Shown: positions 1 to 13,574, counted from the stretch's first letter. The stretch is 64,000 nucleotides of DNA from Tubulanus polymorphus (GCF_964204645.1 NC_134034.1:11978962-12042961), one strand, 5' to 3'. Notes: generated by a model from the letters alone, not told the origin. Program-made: numbers and translations.

Positions 1-2011
1 GGCTCGTAGAATTGAGTCTTAACGTCACTACTCTCTAAGTGTTTTTTTCATGTTGGCTTTTCCCTCGGTCGAAGAACGTACGTACTTTTAGATATATACA
101 TAAGTATTCCCATTTCATTTCACGAGGTGATCACGTGCAGTTATTGGGGAAACCACCTGTCGATTATGTCGATCAATTACTCTATTTTTTTTCGCGTGGA
201 TCAAAGCAAACAATTTCAGTCTAGAAAATTGCCAGCGCACGTAAATCGTGATTCACAAATCCAACGCATGACACGACGACCATGTTTTATTTCTGGTTGC
301 AGCCAAAACAATCCGTAGCAACTGTCTTCGTTAAAAATATGTTGCTCTTTTTTCGGAGCTTATGTTGTGGGATTAAACTAACCACACCGATTACTATACT
401 TAGATATTATCAGCAGATATCCCGGGTGTCACTAGGATTTTTTCAAAGGGGGTCAGAATTAATACAAGCGGAACTATATGCCATACTTTATCCACCGAGC
501 ATTTCTGAATTCTTGGATGTTGCTTGAGAACGTTCTTATATTATAAATAGTCTTAATTTTTTGAATTTGCGGAGTTTGGGAAGGACGTTTTCTGGACCTT
601 TTTTCAAGGCAAAATAATTATGAAATTCCCGGAATGTTAAAAAGAGGAACTAAAGAAATGCGGAAATTGGATTTAAAAAGGGGGTCGCCCGCATCCGGCC
701 TTCAACTGGGGATTTGTTCTATTGACACGACACACTTTATCGCCATCAAATTACCTTCTAACGGTGTGTGAGTTGTTGGCAGATGAAGAATAAACTGAAC
801 TTTTTTTACTTCAGAGTGTTACCACTTAACACTGGAGGTCATTAGGGAACTGGGTGAATGGGTCGTGGGCTCCGCGGGGACTTAACTCTCAACTTGATCT
901 GTTATCTATCTTCATCTCTCGCGCCATCTGTTCATGTTTGTAAAAACAACCGTTGATATACTAGAGTCGTGTTATCCGAAGGATGTTCAGTACATGACCT
1001 CTCCGAACTTTAGACCGTCGATTCCACAGTCGTTAAACTGATAAGATATGTAAGGGGAATTTTGTATGAGAAAATCTTAAAACATTGATATCGTTCACAC
1101 CAGTCTCCTGGCGTGGCGAACCCCTTAACAATAGATGCATTCAGACGATAGTCGTCGTTTCATTCTAAGATTCTCGCGTACAGAACTGAGCCCAAAGAGC
1201 CGTCACCACAATAACACGGGCACCCTTTGTCGTACACGCCACGAACTGGTTTGTACCAGAACAATCAAAAACCGACCTATTCGGTCAATCTATAGATTGC
1301 GCATGAGTGGTCTGTCGAAGGATTATTCGAGCACGCCTTGAGCATCGCCCCGCATAGACCAGGGTCATATAAAATGATAAACGCACGACCTGAGATGCCA
1401 CGACCACAGTTTTGTAGATTTTTTAGTTCATAAACGATGCGGAATGTAACGCGCTGAACCCTGCGCGAACTGAACCGAACGCGATTTTGGGTCAACTGAA
1501 GTTGAAAGCTTGATTTCAAATTTCACCCAGCTCTCTAGCTCCGAAGTAAATGATTTCAGTGCGAACTCAAACAATGACCTTCGATTGTACTGTCTAATAT
1601 ATCATTTTCTATTGAAATTTTTGTTGAACTTTATTTGAATAGTTCGCAGAAATCTATCGCACTGCAGTGACGTCGTGTACATTATGATGTATTTACATTA
1701 AACTTATTAGACGCTACTTTGACCCTTACTGCCGATAGCTATTCTCGCTGCAAGTCGTCACTGTTCAAATCAGGGTCACACAATAAAGTCCCGGCTCAAA
1801 CAATCGTGCGTCTAGTAGCACTTTTATTTCATTATTATTATCGACAACACGACTGCACCTCCAGGACCCTCGATTGAGTTATAATAGCCGTCTAACTTTA
1901 AAGAAATATTTACTCGGAAGTTTAGAAACTATTTCTATCAAAACACTTGTATTCTTTATGTATTTTGGAGGGGTTGAGTGCAATGAAAAAGTATTTTCGT
2001 GAACTTGTACA

Positions 2012-2262
2012 ATGTATCGTGGAACTGGGTCCAGGGTCATATCAAACCAACACAACTGTGGAACTGGGTTCGAGTCGAATTAGACCCACACAACTGTGGA
2101 ACTGGGCTCAGAGTCGATTAAAACCCACACAACTGTGGAACTGGGTTCGAGTCAAATTAAACCTACACAACTGTGGAACTGGGTTCAGAGTCAAATTGAA
2201 CCTACACAACTGTGGATCTGGGTTCGAGTCGAATTAGACCCACACAACTGTTGAACTGGGTC
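2012..2262 (+). repeat. 38/39-bp minisatellite (~6 copies), core cacaactgtggaactggg
   Basis: Unit starts at 2051, 2089, 2128, 2166, 2205 and 2243. Related arrays lie at ~29070-29200 (-) and ~35930-36220 (+). Confidence 0.9.
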
Positions 2263-2610
2263 AAGGAGAATTAATGAGAATTCCCATGCGGTAATTAAAT
2301 AAACACACACCACTTAGTAATTATTATGCCACGTTTACAAATATAGGCTACAAAATCATTACAAATTGTAACAATCATTGACAAATTACTACAACGTATG
2401 AAAGTTCGCGACCCGGATAATACAGAACACGTGATTAGTACTGAATTAAATAGATAGCAGAATTCTGATTAAATGAAACACAAATAAATTTATTAATGTC
2501 AATTTATTATTCCACAAAAGCGGGATGTGTTCCTGTTATTAGCGACGTTATCAGACATTTACTGAGCGCATCCGCGTTTTTTGATGAAAACTTATCTCGT
2601 TAAAACTTAC

Positions 2611-3839
2611 CCGCATTCAAAGCCAGTGATGGAGCGTACAACACAATAGCCATGTACAATGTCTAGAATGTAAAATTGCGTTCATTAGTTCTACAATCAG
2701 AATTGAATCGATTCGGAAGATTAAGTCATTTAACAGGTACATGCTCACTGGTCGGAGCGGATCAATGCAGAAAATTAGCAATTGTTGTTAAAACTATACG
2801 ATATTTCAACAAAACAGCAAAAACCCCTAGATCTTAAAATAGATTTTTACCGAATTTGGGCTTTTTGTTTTGTTAACATATATGAATTTGTCAAGATCAA
2901 GGAGAATTTGAGTTATTAAAATATTGGTCATCAGTAGAAAATCAACGGTGGGGCTAATTAGAATATTCAGTTTTCATAAAAAACAAGAAAGAAATTGTAA
3001 AAATGGGCTTGCTGACATGGTTGTACTGAAAGCTGGCTTGGTGGTTTGTATTTCTGTAGTAGAATTAATCGAACTTTGAATTGATTACTTTTTAAAGAGC
3101 TAAGAGATCGGTGTTGTCTTACATCACTACATGAAATGTTACACTCGGGGACTGGGAATCGGATAAAAAAAATTTGAAAAAATACGATCGGCAATCATCG
3201 GCAAGGCTTCGGATGCGAGCAATTGGATAGATTTCATGGCGCCGTTTTTTAAATTCAGATCTTACCATTTGGAATATGAAACAACACGCGCACGCGATAC
3301 GCAGAGCCTTGTGAAACCGTAGCTCCAGATACTGAAAAAAAGAAATTAAACAACTGGACAAACTTTTTTGCCGGATAAGAATCTGTTTTGTTTCGGGAAC
3401 AAATGTGCGTCCCTTTTCAAAAATGGGACGTAAATCGAGATCGGATTTTTTATCTAAAGGAAATCAATCGAAGAATTTTATTTACCTCGAAAACACTGGT
3501 CACTCCGAGATTGTAGAACATCGGAATGAACACGTGAGCCGCTAGTGGACAGACGAAAAAATACGACAGCCCGATAGCCATATACTGTGTACCGTACACG
3601 TACAGTTCAGCCGGCGTTCCCAATATCGTAATAGCCGACATGAAACTAGCCAACAACGATAGAGAAACCGGGAAAAACGACATTTGTCGATCAGCCATCA
3701 GGAAAGTGTGCGTCGTACTCTGTCGATTTCCCGTGCATCCGTAATAGATTCCGATTCCGGCCGAAACTACTAAAACTATACCGAAAACGACGTAATCCCA
3801 AGCAGAAAACTGCGGTATATAACTCATATCCACGGCCAT
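2611..3839 (-). CDS. Sodium-coupled monocarboxylate/multivitamin transporter (SLC5A8/SLC5A12/SLC5A6-like), 5' part: exons 3839-3486, 3331-3266, 2662-2611; continues beyond the left edge
   Basis: Spliced translation MAVDMSYIPQFSAWDYVVFGIVLVVSAGIGIYY...SLSLLASFMSAITILGTPAELYVYGTQY...TSVFE|YLELRFHKALRIACACCFIFQM|TLYMAIVLYAPSLALNA. These are SSF/SLC5 motifs (DY..F, SL.ASF.S....LG.P.E.Y..G, YLE.RF, Y...V.YAP.LAL). GT-AG introns keep phase. No further exon was recognised in 1-2610. Confidence 0.92.
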
Positions 3840-4789
3840 GATTATTGCCGTAGTCGCTGTGAGTGTGAATAGAAAGTTCGCTCTCGCTTCTTACTTCACA
3901 ACTAGGCCGACTGCCTGACGAGATTGAACTAACAGCACTCTCGCTAGTTTTGAGTGGTAGTTTAGAACTGGTGTCGGTTTGTCCTGGAACTGAACTGCCG
4001 GTTCACCCACACACTAACGCGACAGAGGCCTTCTGGGTATCCGCCTGTCAAGCATTTTCCGAAAAATACTACGTCACTGTTTGATTACGATTGATAAACA
4101 AACATAAGTCACCGTTATCAATAGTCAATTGAACGTTTATCGATCTTCTCGTGAAAGATTTCGCATAAGGGGCCATTTAAAGGCGATTAGTAGATAACCA
4201 CTAATCTGGCTGATAAAGACCGATTCGATGAGCCGGGAACGTTTTAGTTGTACTAAGTCAACTAACCAACCTTTGGGTGCCCGGCCGGGCCCGTATTGAC
4301 TGACCCACAGAGGAACCCCCCCCCCCATTAAGATAGTATTTCAGTCGGGTGCTACCCTTTCAGTCCAACCGGGCGTCCACAGGCACGACGATCCGAACTC
4401 ATAGATTTCTCCCAGTGACTCAAAATGGCAGACTTGCATTAGCAGGGGTCCGTAGCTTAAAAGTTGGTTAAAGATAACCGGTGGAATTTATTAGTTTCTG
4501 TAAAAGCGTTACAAAATACGATCTTTTGTAGTTTTTTTGGTAAGTATTGTCGCCGTCCCGCCGGAGCTAGCCCGCGATTGAGAAGTGTGGAGCACGCCCC
4601 TTAACGCGCAAACTAATGGCAGCCGCGATACGAGACTCGTCGTGGGTGATGCTTGTTAGAGTAGAGAACTGCCCGATACGGTATTTTGTATCTCTCACAC
4701 ACGCATTCTCGAGCACGTAAACGCGGAAGTAATGCTCGACGGAAAAGTTGTAATTTTCGCGACCATATGTTGCGTTCAAAACAACAATC
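3840..4789. promoter_or_regulatory. Divergent (possibly bidirectional) promoter region between SLC5A-like and EAF
   Basis: The two start codons point away from each other, 950 bp apart. The segment is CpG-rich, with a YY1-like AAAATGGC (~4422) and an ETS-like CGGAAGT (~4724). Transcription starts are not determined. Confidence 0.5.
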
Positions 4790-7700
4790 ATGAATGAATC
4801 AGTTTTAGATATCGACGATAAAGTCAACGAGTTAGTTTTAGGCGACAGTTTCTTCAAAGATGGAGCCGCATTTCACGCCATTCGCTGTGAGTTAAAAGGA
4901 AATTCCTATCAACAATGTTTCAACAATTTTTTTTTCTTCGACTTCACCTTTTGAAATGAATACTATTGAAATGTGGTTTCAGATGATTTTAAACCGGCCT
5001 CTGTTGATACGAGTCAAGTGGCAGAAATCGACGTAGGAAGCGGTAATCAGGTCTCAGTAACAGTCCCACATGTTGAGGTAATCAATAATTTGTGGAAATT
5101 TTGCTGATGCCGCGATATTTGTGTAAACGCTATTTTATTTTAGCCGCCATCTTTATAGAACGAGATATACTATTGAAAATAATGATAAAATCGATTTATT
5201 AGGTAAGGGTTTGAAAACAGTAAGGTGCACATGCGCCATGTAAAGCAGCCAATCCGAACGAGCCGAGTTGTCAGAAAAAAAAGCGTTAGGCCTAACAGGA
5301 ATAATATCAATCGGCAAAATAAATATTGCCAATCGATAAAATACCCCCCCCCCCCACCCGAACCTACTGGCTACTATCCCTAGAATAATGATTATTTCTA
5401 AGATCCCATGTTCTTATATGAAGATTCAAGTTGATTTCGTATATTAGACCGCTTCTTCCTTGAACCCTTGAATCCTTGGATCGAGCTGAATTCGAAAATA
5501 TTATCAGTTTCATGAAAAAGTAAAACCCTTTCAGTGCGTCTACACCGCAGTGCAGTGTATAAATCAGTGATAGATTTTGCTAGTACGCCGCACTGCGGTG
5601 TATTGATGTAATTAGTAATTAGTTTTTATCGCTATTGAAAGATGGTAGCACCTGTCAAACATAGTGAAATATCAGTAACTAATGATACACCGCGCCGTGG
5701 TGTAGACGCACTATAGTGGTATTCCCGTTATTCAACACACTAGGGTGGAATTTTTCAAAATTTTCAAAATATCTCCAGCACTATAGGGTATTAATTAGTC
5801 ACCACTGAAAGGGTTAAGCTTATAGTGATTGAGTTTGAATTTTTGTCCTCACTAAAAACATGAAGTAACTTTCAAGCGCGTAACGCAGAAAGTTAGGTTT
5901 TATTTTTCTTTCGTGTCAGGGTTCCGGTACGAGTCACACGGTTTATAAAGGCAACAAACGACCGTCGACGAAAGAATGCGTTCTAATCATCGACAACGTC
6001 ACCGGCGAGATACGCCTCGAAAAACTCGAGTCGACTTTACAGTTGAAAAAAACGCGTATGGAAGGATCGCGCCGCCTCGGGCAAGTGAGCGCGGCGACGA
6101 CCGCGCGCCCGGTCACGCCGTCCGACATGAAAATGAAAGATTTACGAACTTCGCCGAATAAAAAACTCGCGAAAAAACAATCGAAGCATCACCACCACCA
6201 TCATCAAAAACAGACGGAAAATAGTTCCTCGTCGACGAGTAGTAATACACCGCAGCCGGTGAAGAAAGAAGTTCCGTCTGCTGCGAGTAAGAAACAGGTG
6301 GCAGCACCGGAGCCAGTGAGACCGGAACCGACGTGTCTTATGAAATCGGAAACTGTTAAAGGTACGCTTTATTACCATTACTGAAAATATGGCGGCCTCT
6401 ATGAAATCACCCTATGACATCACTTGTTATTGGGTCAAGATTACTAGGTACCGGGTAATTGCATTCATTTGATGATAGCTCAGGCAATGTTTGAATGCAG
6501 CCATATTTTCGTAGAACATCCACTTCGAATTCAATGATGTCATTGAGAGATTTATGGAGCCAGCCATCTTTTCTTGATCTGTTCAGTGCTGACCAATTCT
6601 TACGCTAAAATGCTGGAGATAATTTGAATACAATGCATTTTGAAATGTTCCACCCTTGTGCGTCGTATAACAGTGCAGTGTCTTGTTAGTTACTATTTCT
6701 AACATGTCACAATAACAAAATGTAGATGATCCCAGCAGTATTACGGAATTTGGTTGCAATCTATCGGAGTATTGAAGTGTTCCCTCCATATACTGGAATT
6801 CTAAAGGGGCTGCATTCATCGTTAAGAGTATGTTGAAGTTGCAAGGCTTTCGATCCCCCCAAAAATACAGGTGTAATTTTCTATTGCTGGTATGGGTAGC
6901 AAATTTCTTATAAAGGGTGGCTGGTATTCAGAGGGGTGGATGTAATAATGAATGGGGTGGCCGCCCTTCTAAAACCTGTTGTGGGCCCCTCTAAAACGTG
7001 TTGTGGTGAACACTGCCCAGAGGTCTTTTGTAGGCATTAAAAGATATTAAGCGTATGTATGGTGAATCTTTTGATATTTCAGTATCTCGTAACAGCGCGT
7101 CGTCCCCGGTAGAAACTATGGACGATTCCTCGGATAGTAACAGTAGTTCAGATGACGATAGTTCCAGTTCTAGCAGTGATTCAGATTCTGATTCCGGGCC
7201 CGAATCGAATCGGCCGCCGGCGCCACCTGGACCTCCGCCGGTGCAACCCGCACCACCACCGCCGGCGCCACCTACCGTCAAGCAACCATCGCCGAGACTA
7301 TCATCTCCTCAAACTGATTACATGAATACTTTGAGTACGTTGGTTATTTTATCGTTCATTCTTAGGAGAAAGATTTCTGGACCCTGTTTTTCCGCAGTTT
7401 GTGATTTTGGTTCTAGAAATGAATTGATTTTAACCCAGAATTAACTCTTAAAACTGAGGAACTGAATCTTGAGTTCATAGTTAACTCTTACTCACAGCTG
7501 TTCCGTGGGATCCTGAGTTCAGAGTTAACTCTAGTTTACAACTGAGGAAATGGATCCTGAGTTCAGAATTAACTCTAGTTTACAACTGTTCCACTGGATC
7601 CTGAGTTCAGAGTTAACTCTAGTTTACAACTGAGGAAATGGATCCTGAGTTCAGAGTTAACTCTAACTCACAGCTGTTCCACTGGATCCTGATTTCAGAG

Positions 7701-8165
7701 TTGACTCTAGTTTACAACTGAGGAAATGGATCCTGAGTTCAGAGTTAACTCTTACTCACAGCTGTTCCACTGGATCCTGAGTTCAGAGTTAACTCTAGTT
7801 TACAACTGAGGAAATGGATCCTGAGTTCATAGTTAACTCTTACTCACAACTGTTCCGCTGGATCCTGAGTTCAGAGTTAACTCTAGTTTACAACTGTTCC
7901 ACTGGATCCTGAGTTCAGAGTTAACTCTTACTCACAACTGTTCCACTGGATCCTGAGTTCAGAGTTAACTCTAGTTTACAACTGAGGAAATAGATCCTGA
8001 GTTAAGAGTTAACTCTAACTCACAACTACTGAGGAATCTGGATCCAGATTTCTAACAGAGTAATTTATCAATTATAAAGAATTCAGCGAATTAAAGAATG
8101 TTTCTTTTGTTTTTATCACAGGTGCAGACTTACAACTCAGTGAATCTGGTAGCGATAGCGATTGA
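4790..8165 (+). CDS. EAF: ELL-associated factor (EAF1/EAF2 orthologue), 5 exons: 4790-4886, 4983-5077, 5920-6361, 7083-7334, 8122-8165; 309 aa
   Basis: Spliced translation has LGDSF...[15 protein letters not shown]...VTVPH...[24 protein letters not shown]...LKKTRMEGS (EAF domain), a Ser/Asp-rich region and the C-terminus [18 protein letters not shown], matching the EAF tail. All introns are GT-AG, and the exons sum to 930 nt in frame. Confidence 0.95.
5526..5813. mobile_element. piggyBac-like MITE in EAF intron 2
   Basis: Termini ccctttcagtg...cactgaaaggg, followed by TTAA on the right (left flank taaaa). Internal inverted repeat tgcgtctacacc/ggtgtagacgca. Confidence 0.6.
7432..8046 (+). repeat. 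44-bp satellite array (~14 copies) in EAF intron 4
   Basis: GGATCC recurs at 7508, 7552, 7596 and onward. Unit ggatcctgagttcagagttaactct(agtttac/tactcac)aactg(aggaaat/ttccact), containing the palindrome AGAGTTAACTCT. Confidence 0.95.
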
Positions 8166-8557
8166 TCCGCCCACTGGTGGCGGTAATGTGCTTCACATGA
8201 CAATCTAGTCCCTATATTTCTGCAACGTGTTGAATGCTGTGTGTTGTGTCGCGATTGTGTTCAATTCGGATCAGTTGTGAGATTATAAACGCGCGAATGA
8301 AATAATGATCCGGATTACGCGAGTTTTGCTGTGTTTGAAAATAGGAACCTAATCCGCATTTCTTATAATTTGTCACAATTTTTTTTTTTAATTTCAATAA
8401 GAGACAAATTGAGAATGAATTGTTAGCTAAGACGAGTATTTGTAGCGCTTTTAACGCATAATTCTTACCGAAAGAATGAATGCTCCGGGAACAGAAACTG
8501 TAAGAATTATTGTCAAAATCATGTATCAAACAATTCCATATTTTGTGAACGGTTAAA

Positions 8558-8786
8558 CAGTGTCCGATCTAAGGAATAAGAACCACTTGCCCCGGGGGCA
8601 AGTATATCTGAAATTTTACTTGCCCCCTCAAAAATCTACTTGCCCTACGCAAGCAGTCCAACTGTTGTATCGATTGGCAAAAAGCTTCGTGTCATAAAAT
8701 TGCACTAGCCCGAGGGACAAGTGATAATGATAACCTGAGAATATACTTGTCCCGGGCAATCGGACGAGTGCTTAGATCGGACCCTA
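8558..8786. mobile_element. Non-autonomous DNA transposon remnant
   Basis: Terminal inverted repeats agtgtccgatctaag / cttagatcggaccct, with internal acttgccc/gggcaagt repeats. No clear TSD. Confidence 0.55.
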
Positions 8787-9907
8787 TTAAGACGCTGTTA
8801 ACCCCGCTCGGTGACCCGATCGCCTCAGATTAGCGCGTGTCCCGTACTCTCTGTCTGCCCCCGGGTCGAGTACCCGCGAGCCCCGCTCCAGACAATGTAT
8901 TGTAAATTGTATTAGACAATTATCATAACCCGATTCACGCGACAATGACTGCTGCAACTTACTGCCCCGGAATGTTGTCTACCTCCAAGAGAATTTATCG
9001 GTTCTGCGAGATTTGAGGCAAAAACTGCATGAAAGATGAATCTGTAAAAAGTTTTCTCAAAAACATGGAAATCATTGCTTTATTTTTTTGTGTCTGCTTC
9101 CATCCATCTGATTACCGATGAATGTTCAGTAATCTCTACTCTCACTTTATGTTATAATTCTGCATGTTAAACGGCTGTATTCCCGGGCCCTGCCCTCGGG
9201 CACTCGACACCCCTCACCCCCGCCCGGCTTTTTTCCTCGTTTGTGAATCGGAAGCAATCAAAGTGTCTTTCACAAATCGTATTTTTGTATTCAATGTAAA
9301 TTTTGTCGATGACAATAAAATATTTTTTGTGACGAAAAGGAGAATATTAAACAAAATTGTTTTTTTTTATTGTAACGAAGTAGTTGATGATATCATCACG
9401 TGACTGATCTATGACGTCACATCCACCGCTTGGCTTCAGTAGAAAATCCATCGTTAATCAATCTACGTGTAATAACTCGTTACCTAATCGTTGATGGAAA
9501 ACAAATAAGGCTTTAGACCAACCGGAAAATATCCGATCGCGAATATACGGACAAACAGAAACGACAGACGAGAGTCAATCATACTGTAAACATTGTTCAA
9601 TGACGTCATACTGGGATTCACGTCAATCACGTCAAATTCATTGTGCTTTTGTAACACTATTAACTAGGAATGGTAGATATGATCGGGAATTCGTGTCACT
9701 AGCTGCAGAGGGTTAATACATATGAGTACAATAGAATATCAGAATTGGAGGAGTTGATGTTAGTCGGCAGAGCCAGAATAATCATGACAGGGTTCTGTTC
9801 TGTATCATGAAAAAGTAAAACGGATGAAATCTTTGGTTTGAATACAATTCCCCATCATTAAGATAAACCAACAATGTCGTTTTTACGGATCAGTGGCGAT
9901 CAGTGCT

Positions 9908-12467
9908 TCAAACCGCACTGTGTTGTTTTCGGTACAACATGCGTTTATCGGGACGGCGTCGAGTCGTCACCGGATAACGTCGTTTCTGGCTGCACCAATC
10001 AGCGATACTCATTAAAACGACGAATAAGCCGGCGAGCGCCGTACAGCTACCCGACGCGATAAACATCAACGAGTAATCACCGGTCATATCTCTGAGTAAA
10101 CCTGAAAAATTAAAAAGAGGATGAGAAACGATCGAAAATCGTCATTTTCAGGCGGTTTTGTCGCGGAAAGATTCGGTAAAGTCTTCACCAGTGCAGCGTT
10201 TGATAATGGGCTCCTATCGAATCAACGGTTTAATCATAACTTCGATTGGACGTAAAAACAATCTTCATTTTTTGGGATAGCAATTCCGGATTACAAACTC
10301 TCTACCGGCCGCTTCTATCAGGTTTACAGATTACAAACTCTCTACCGGCCGCTTCTATTAGGTTTACAGATTACAAACTCTCTACCGGCCGCTTCTATCG
10401 GGTTTACAGATTACAAACTCTCTACCGGCCGCTTCTATCAGGTTTACAGATTACAAACTCTCTACCGGCCGCTTCTATTAGGTTTACAGATTACAAACTC
10501 TCTTCCGGTCGATTCTATCGGTTTACAGATTATAAATTCTCTATAAACTTGGTTACACTATGATCGTAGAGCGACGGAGATCACTGGTGGAGACAACCAC
10601 TGCCAGTGCTGGGTGAAGCCTAACAAAGATTTTGGAGTTAGGATGAAAGGATATCAATGGAATATTTCCATTTCAAAGTAATACTTACCACCAATTGGTG
10701 CGCCAAACAGTCCTGCCAAACCTTGTCCGAAACAGAGCATACTGAAGGCCGTGATGAATTTTTCTTTCGGCACCAAATCGGACAGAATGTACCGCCCCAT
10801 CGATCTGACCATTCCTGCATTGAACCCGTAGAATATCGCAACAATCAGTAACCCCACGAAACCGTCGCTAAGATACGTGCAGCCGATAGTCACTCCTAAA
10901 ACGACCAGTACGCATGCGTACAAGTAACGATAACTGACGTGCGGTTTTTGGGCGATCAACCCGTACACGGGCTGCCCGAATATATCGGCGAACCCGATAA
11001 AGCCGATAGTAAGAGCCGACCGAGTCTCCGAAACGCCCAACTGTCGGGCGTGATTCGGGTAAAAATACAACGGATTCAACGCCGAAAGGAAAAGCAGAAG
11101 AGTAGAAACGAAGAATATGAAATAAGCCGGTTTTCTGCATATACCGGGACCCCGAGATCTGATTTGATCGTTCGTAGCATCTGTTTACTGGCGTCGACCG
11201 ATTCTTCGCTCATTATTGCGTTAGTGCTTTGAAAGAGACCGTTGGAATTAATTTCCGCGGCAGAAACTTCCATGGTTTCAATACGCGGAGGTCCACCCCA
11301 CAGATTCGGCGCGCTTAGACAAACCTTGATCTTTCTATCGCGGTCTCTTTGAATTTGTTCGCTGGCGTTTTTCAACAACACGTGTCTGGTGAGATTGGGT
11401 AACGATGCCAGGTCGTCGAGCGGGTGATGCGTTCGTTTGGGTTTCAGGTTCGGAGCGGATTTGATCATCGATACGGTTGGTTCGTTCACGGGTATATTGG
11501 TTCTTTCTGGTGGTTCTTTCTGCAGGTCGGAGTCCTCCTCGATATAGGTGGGCAGTTGTACCATCGACGTGAACATCAAATTCCCGCAAACGCGGTCAAA
11601 AGCCGATTCCGGCAATGTGCTGTATCGACGCTTTTTGCTGATATTTTCGAGTTCTGGTAATATTCGCGGATCGCCGGAACGAATTCCGTCTTCGATCAAA
11701 AATCGTCGGGCGTATTTTTTCGTCGACGCCAACGGTCGAAAGAGGGCGCCGCAAACGCACACGTTGAACAAAACACCGGCGAAAACTAAAGAAGCCCCGC
11801 GCCATCCGTAAAACTGGACCAGGAACGCCGCCATGTTGGCTAGCAAGATCGTACCGATGCCGCTTCCGGTTTGGGTCATGCCGATCACGTGACTACGCTG
11901 TCTCCTCAACGAAGATGAGGCTCCGAAGTAGATTTCGACGGCGGTGACGGCCGGCACGTAGGCGAACGATAGCCCGAGTCCGGCCACTATTCCGATGCCG
12001 ATTATCAACACGCCGATGTCCGAAGCGAAAAAACTTAAAATATGCCCGACGCACAGGAATAGACCGCCTATCATACAAATACATCGACTTCCGTATCTGT
12101 TGACGAGTATGTACGTAACCGGGGCGACCAGGAGAGGCACGTTCTGCAACAATGAAGCGATGAACGTCGTCTGAAACGCGGAGTTTTCCGAGAAATATAC
12201 CAGGAATTGATCCAGGAAAATGCCGAAAGATGTCGCATATCCCCCGGCGATCACGTTCACTAGAAACGCGGCCACCGCTATCGTTCGCCTGGTACATTCG
12301 TCACCGCTAGGGGTCGCCGCTGTTGTTCGCGTACCCCCTGCCTTGTCGGTACCGCCATCATCGCCGTCAGGGGTCGCTGGTGATTTTCCAGTCGCTGCTG
12401 CCCTCTCGTCCCCATGATTGTCAATCATGGCTATTGTCTCCGCCTCCTCCGCGTTGGATCCAGGCAT
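9908..12467 (-). CDS. Monocarboxylate transporter (SLC16/MCT family, MFS); exons 12467-10689 and 10101-9908; reading frame broken at ~11076-11095 (frameshifted allele, young pseudogene or assembly error)
   Basis: N-half has SFGIF...F, L..RYGSR...MIGG, GI..GLG.S..Y.P....V..YF, G...GSG.G and YGWRG. After a long loop come TM8-12 (IGFADIFG, FYGF..G, GLAGLFGAPIGG|LLRDMTGDYSLMF). The intron is GT-AG. The stop at 11078-11076 precedes the homologous continuation, which is in another frame. Confidence 0.88.
10289..10545 (+). repeat. 40-bp minisatellite (~6 copies) in the MCT intron
   Basis: gattacaaactctctaccggccgcttctat(c/t)aggtttaca repeats with period 40 (10291, 10331, 10371...). Confidence 0.95.
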
Positions 12468-13574
12468 TTTGAACACCGCGCAAAACCTTATTGTTCTTAC
12501 CAACAAGAATTCAACAAGAATTTGTCCACTTTTTCACGCTAACAGAGTCAATCCCTGATAAATCACCGCCCTCGCCTATATCCCAGGTTCTCCTCGAATA
12601 TAGACAGAATATCTTGGGGACAAATTAAGCCCTCTTTATACCGCCATACTCTCTTTAAATACCATGAAAATCCGAAATCACCGATTTGGGCTCAGTAAAC
12701 CGAGCGATTTATTGTTTATGTCACAGTCACAAAAATCGGACGATTTTCGATCGAATTCTGCAGCAGAATATTGTCCAAAGTCACACACACACACACACAT
12801 TCAATATCCTCGTTCAGTAGTTTCTAATTAGTATCACTCTAACTATAAATACTGTCGTTGTTCCTCCATTTACTTCACTCATTTACCTGTGATGAAGCTA
12901 CTACTATATATACATGGCACGAGTAGCGAAAGCGAAAGTTCCTAATGTTAATAAAAACTAGTTAACCTACAAAGTATATAAACTAGCTGTTCTTCTCGCG
13001 TACTGATCAAATTTCTCCGGCGCACTATCGTGTTCGAGGAAGTGAATTGTGCATTTTTAACGAAACGTTCGATTTCTCCATTGAACTTTGTGTCGCCTTC
13101 TAGAATTTGTCGATAATCAACGTAATAAAAATGATAATTCACTAATAATCAAATAATGTCACGGTTTGATAAAACATATCACGTGCTGGCAGTTTGACAG
13201 ATAACAACAGCACAGTTCAAACACGTATATACATCTGACTAAACAAACCAAACTATCTTTGATCGGATTTTTACGACGATTTCAGAAACGCCTGTCACCC
13301 CCGAAGTCCCGTGTGGGCACATGGCCCGATTTATTGTTTAGAGGTGTTTTCACTTGATATTAAGACTATTAGACACAACCCCTTGAAATTTTCCCAGTGC
13401 CCTTTTTCTTGCCCCTTTTTGATACACGAAAATCGATTTATTGCATATCATTTCCTAGTGATGTCACAATGCAGCAAGTCTGTAAAACCCAGAGAAATTT
13501 ATCTAAACAATAATCATGCAGCGATTTCCTCAGTTGATTACCAAGAAATGATGTTGTGTCACCCAGAGGCACTC

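Noticed and set aside
7432-8046. Regular palindromic repeats resembling a CRISPR array (also 2012-2262)
   Set aside because: No unique spacers, no cas genes and a eukaryotic intronic context. These are satellites.
11076-11095. UCC_UUU_CGG resembles the +1 frameshift site UCC_UUU_CGU of influenza PA-X and ASXL1
   Set aside because: A +1 shift enters the non-homologous frame (FGVESVVF...). The MCT continuation needs -1, and there is no X_XXY_YYZ heptamer.
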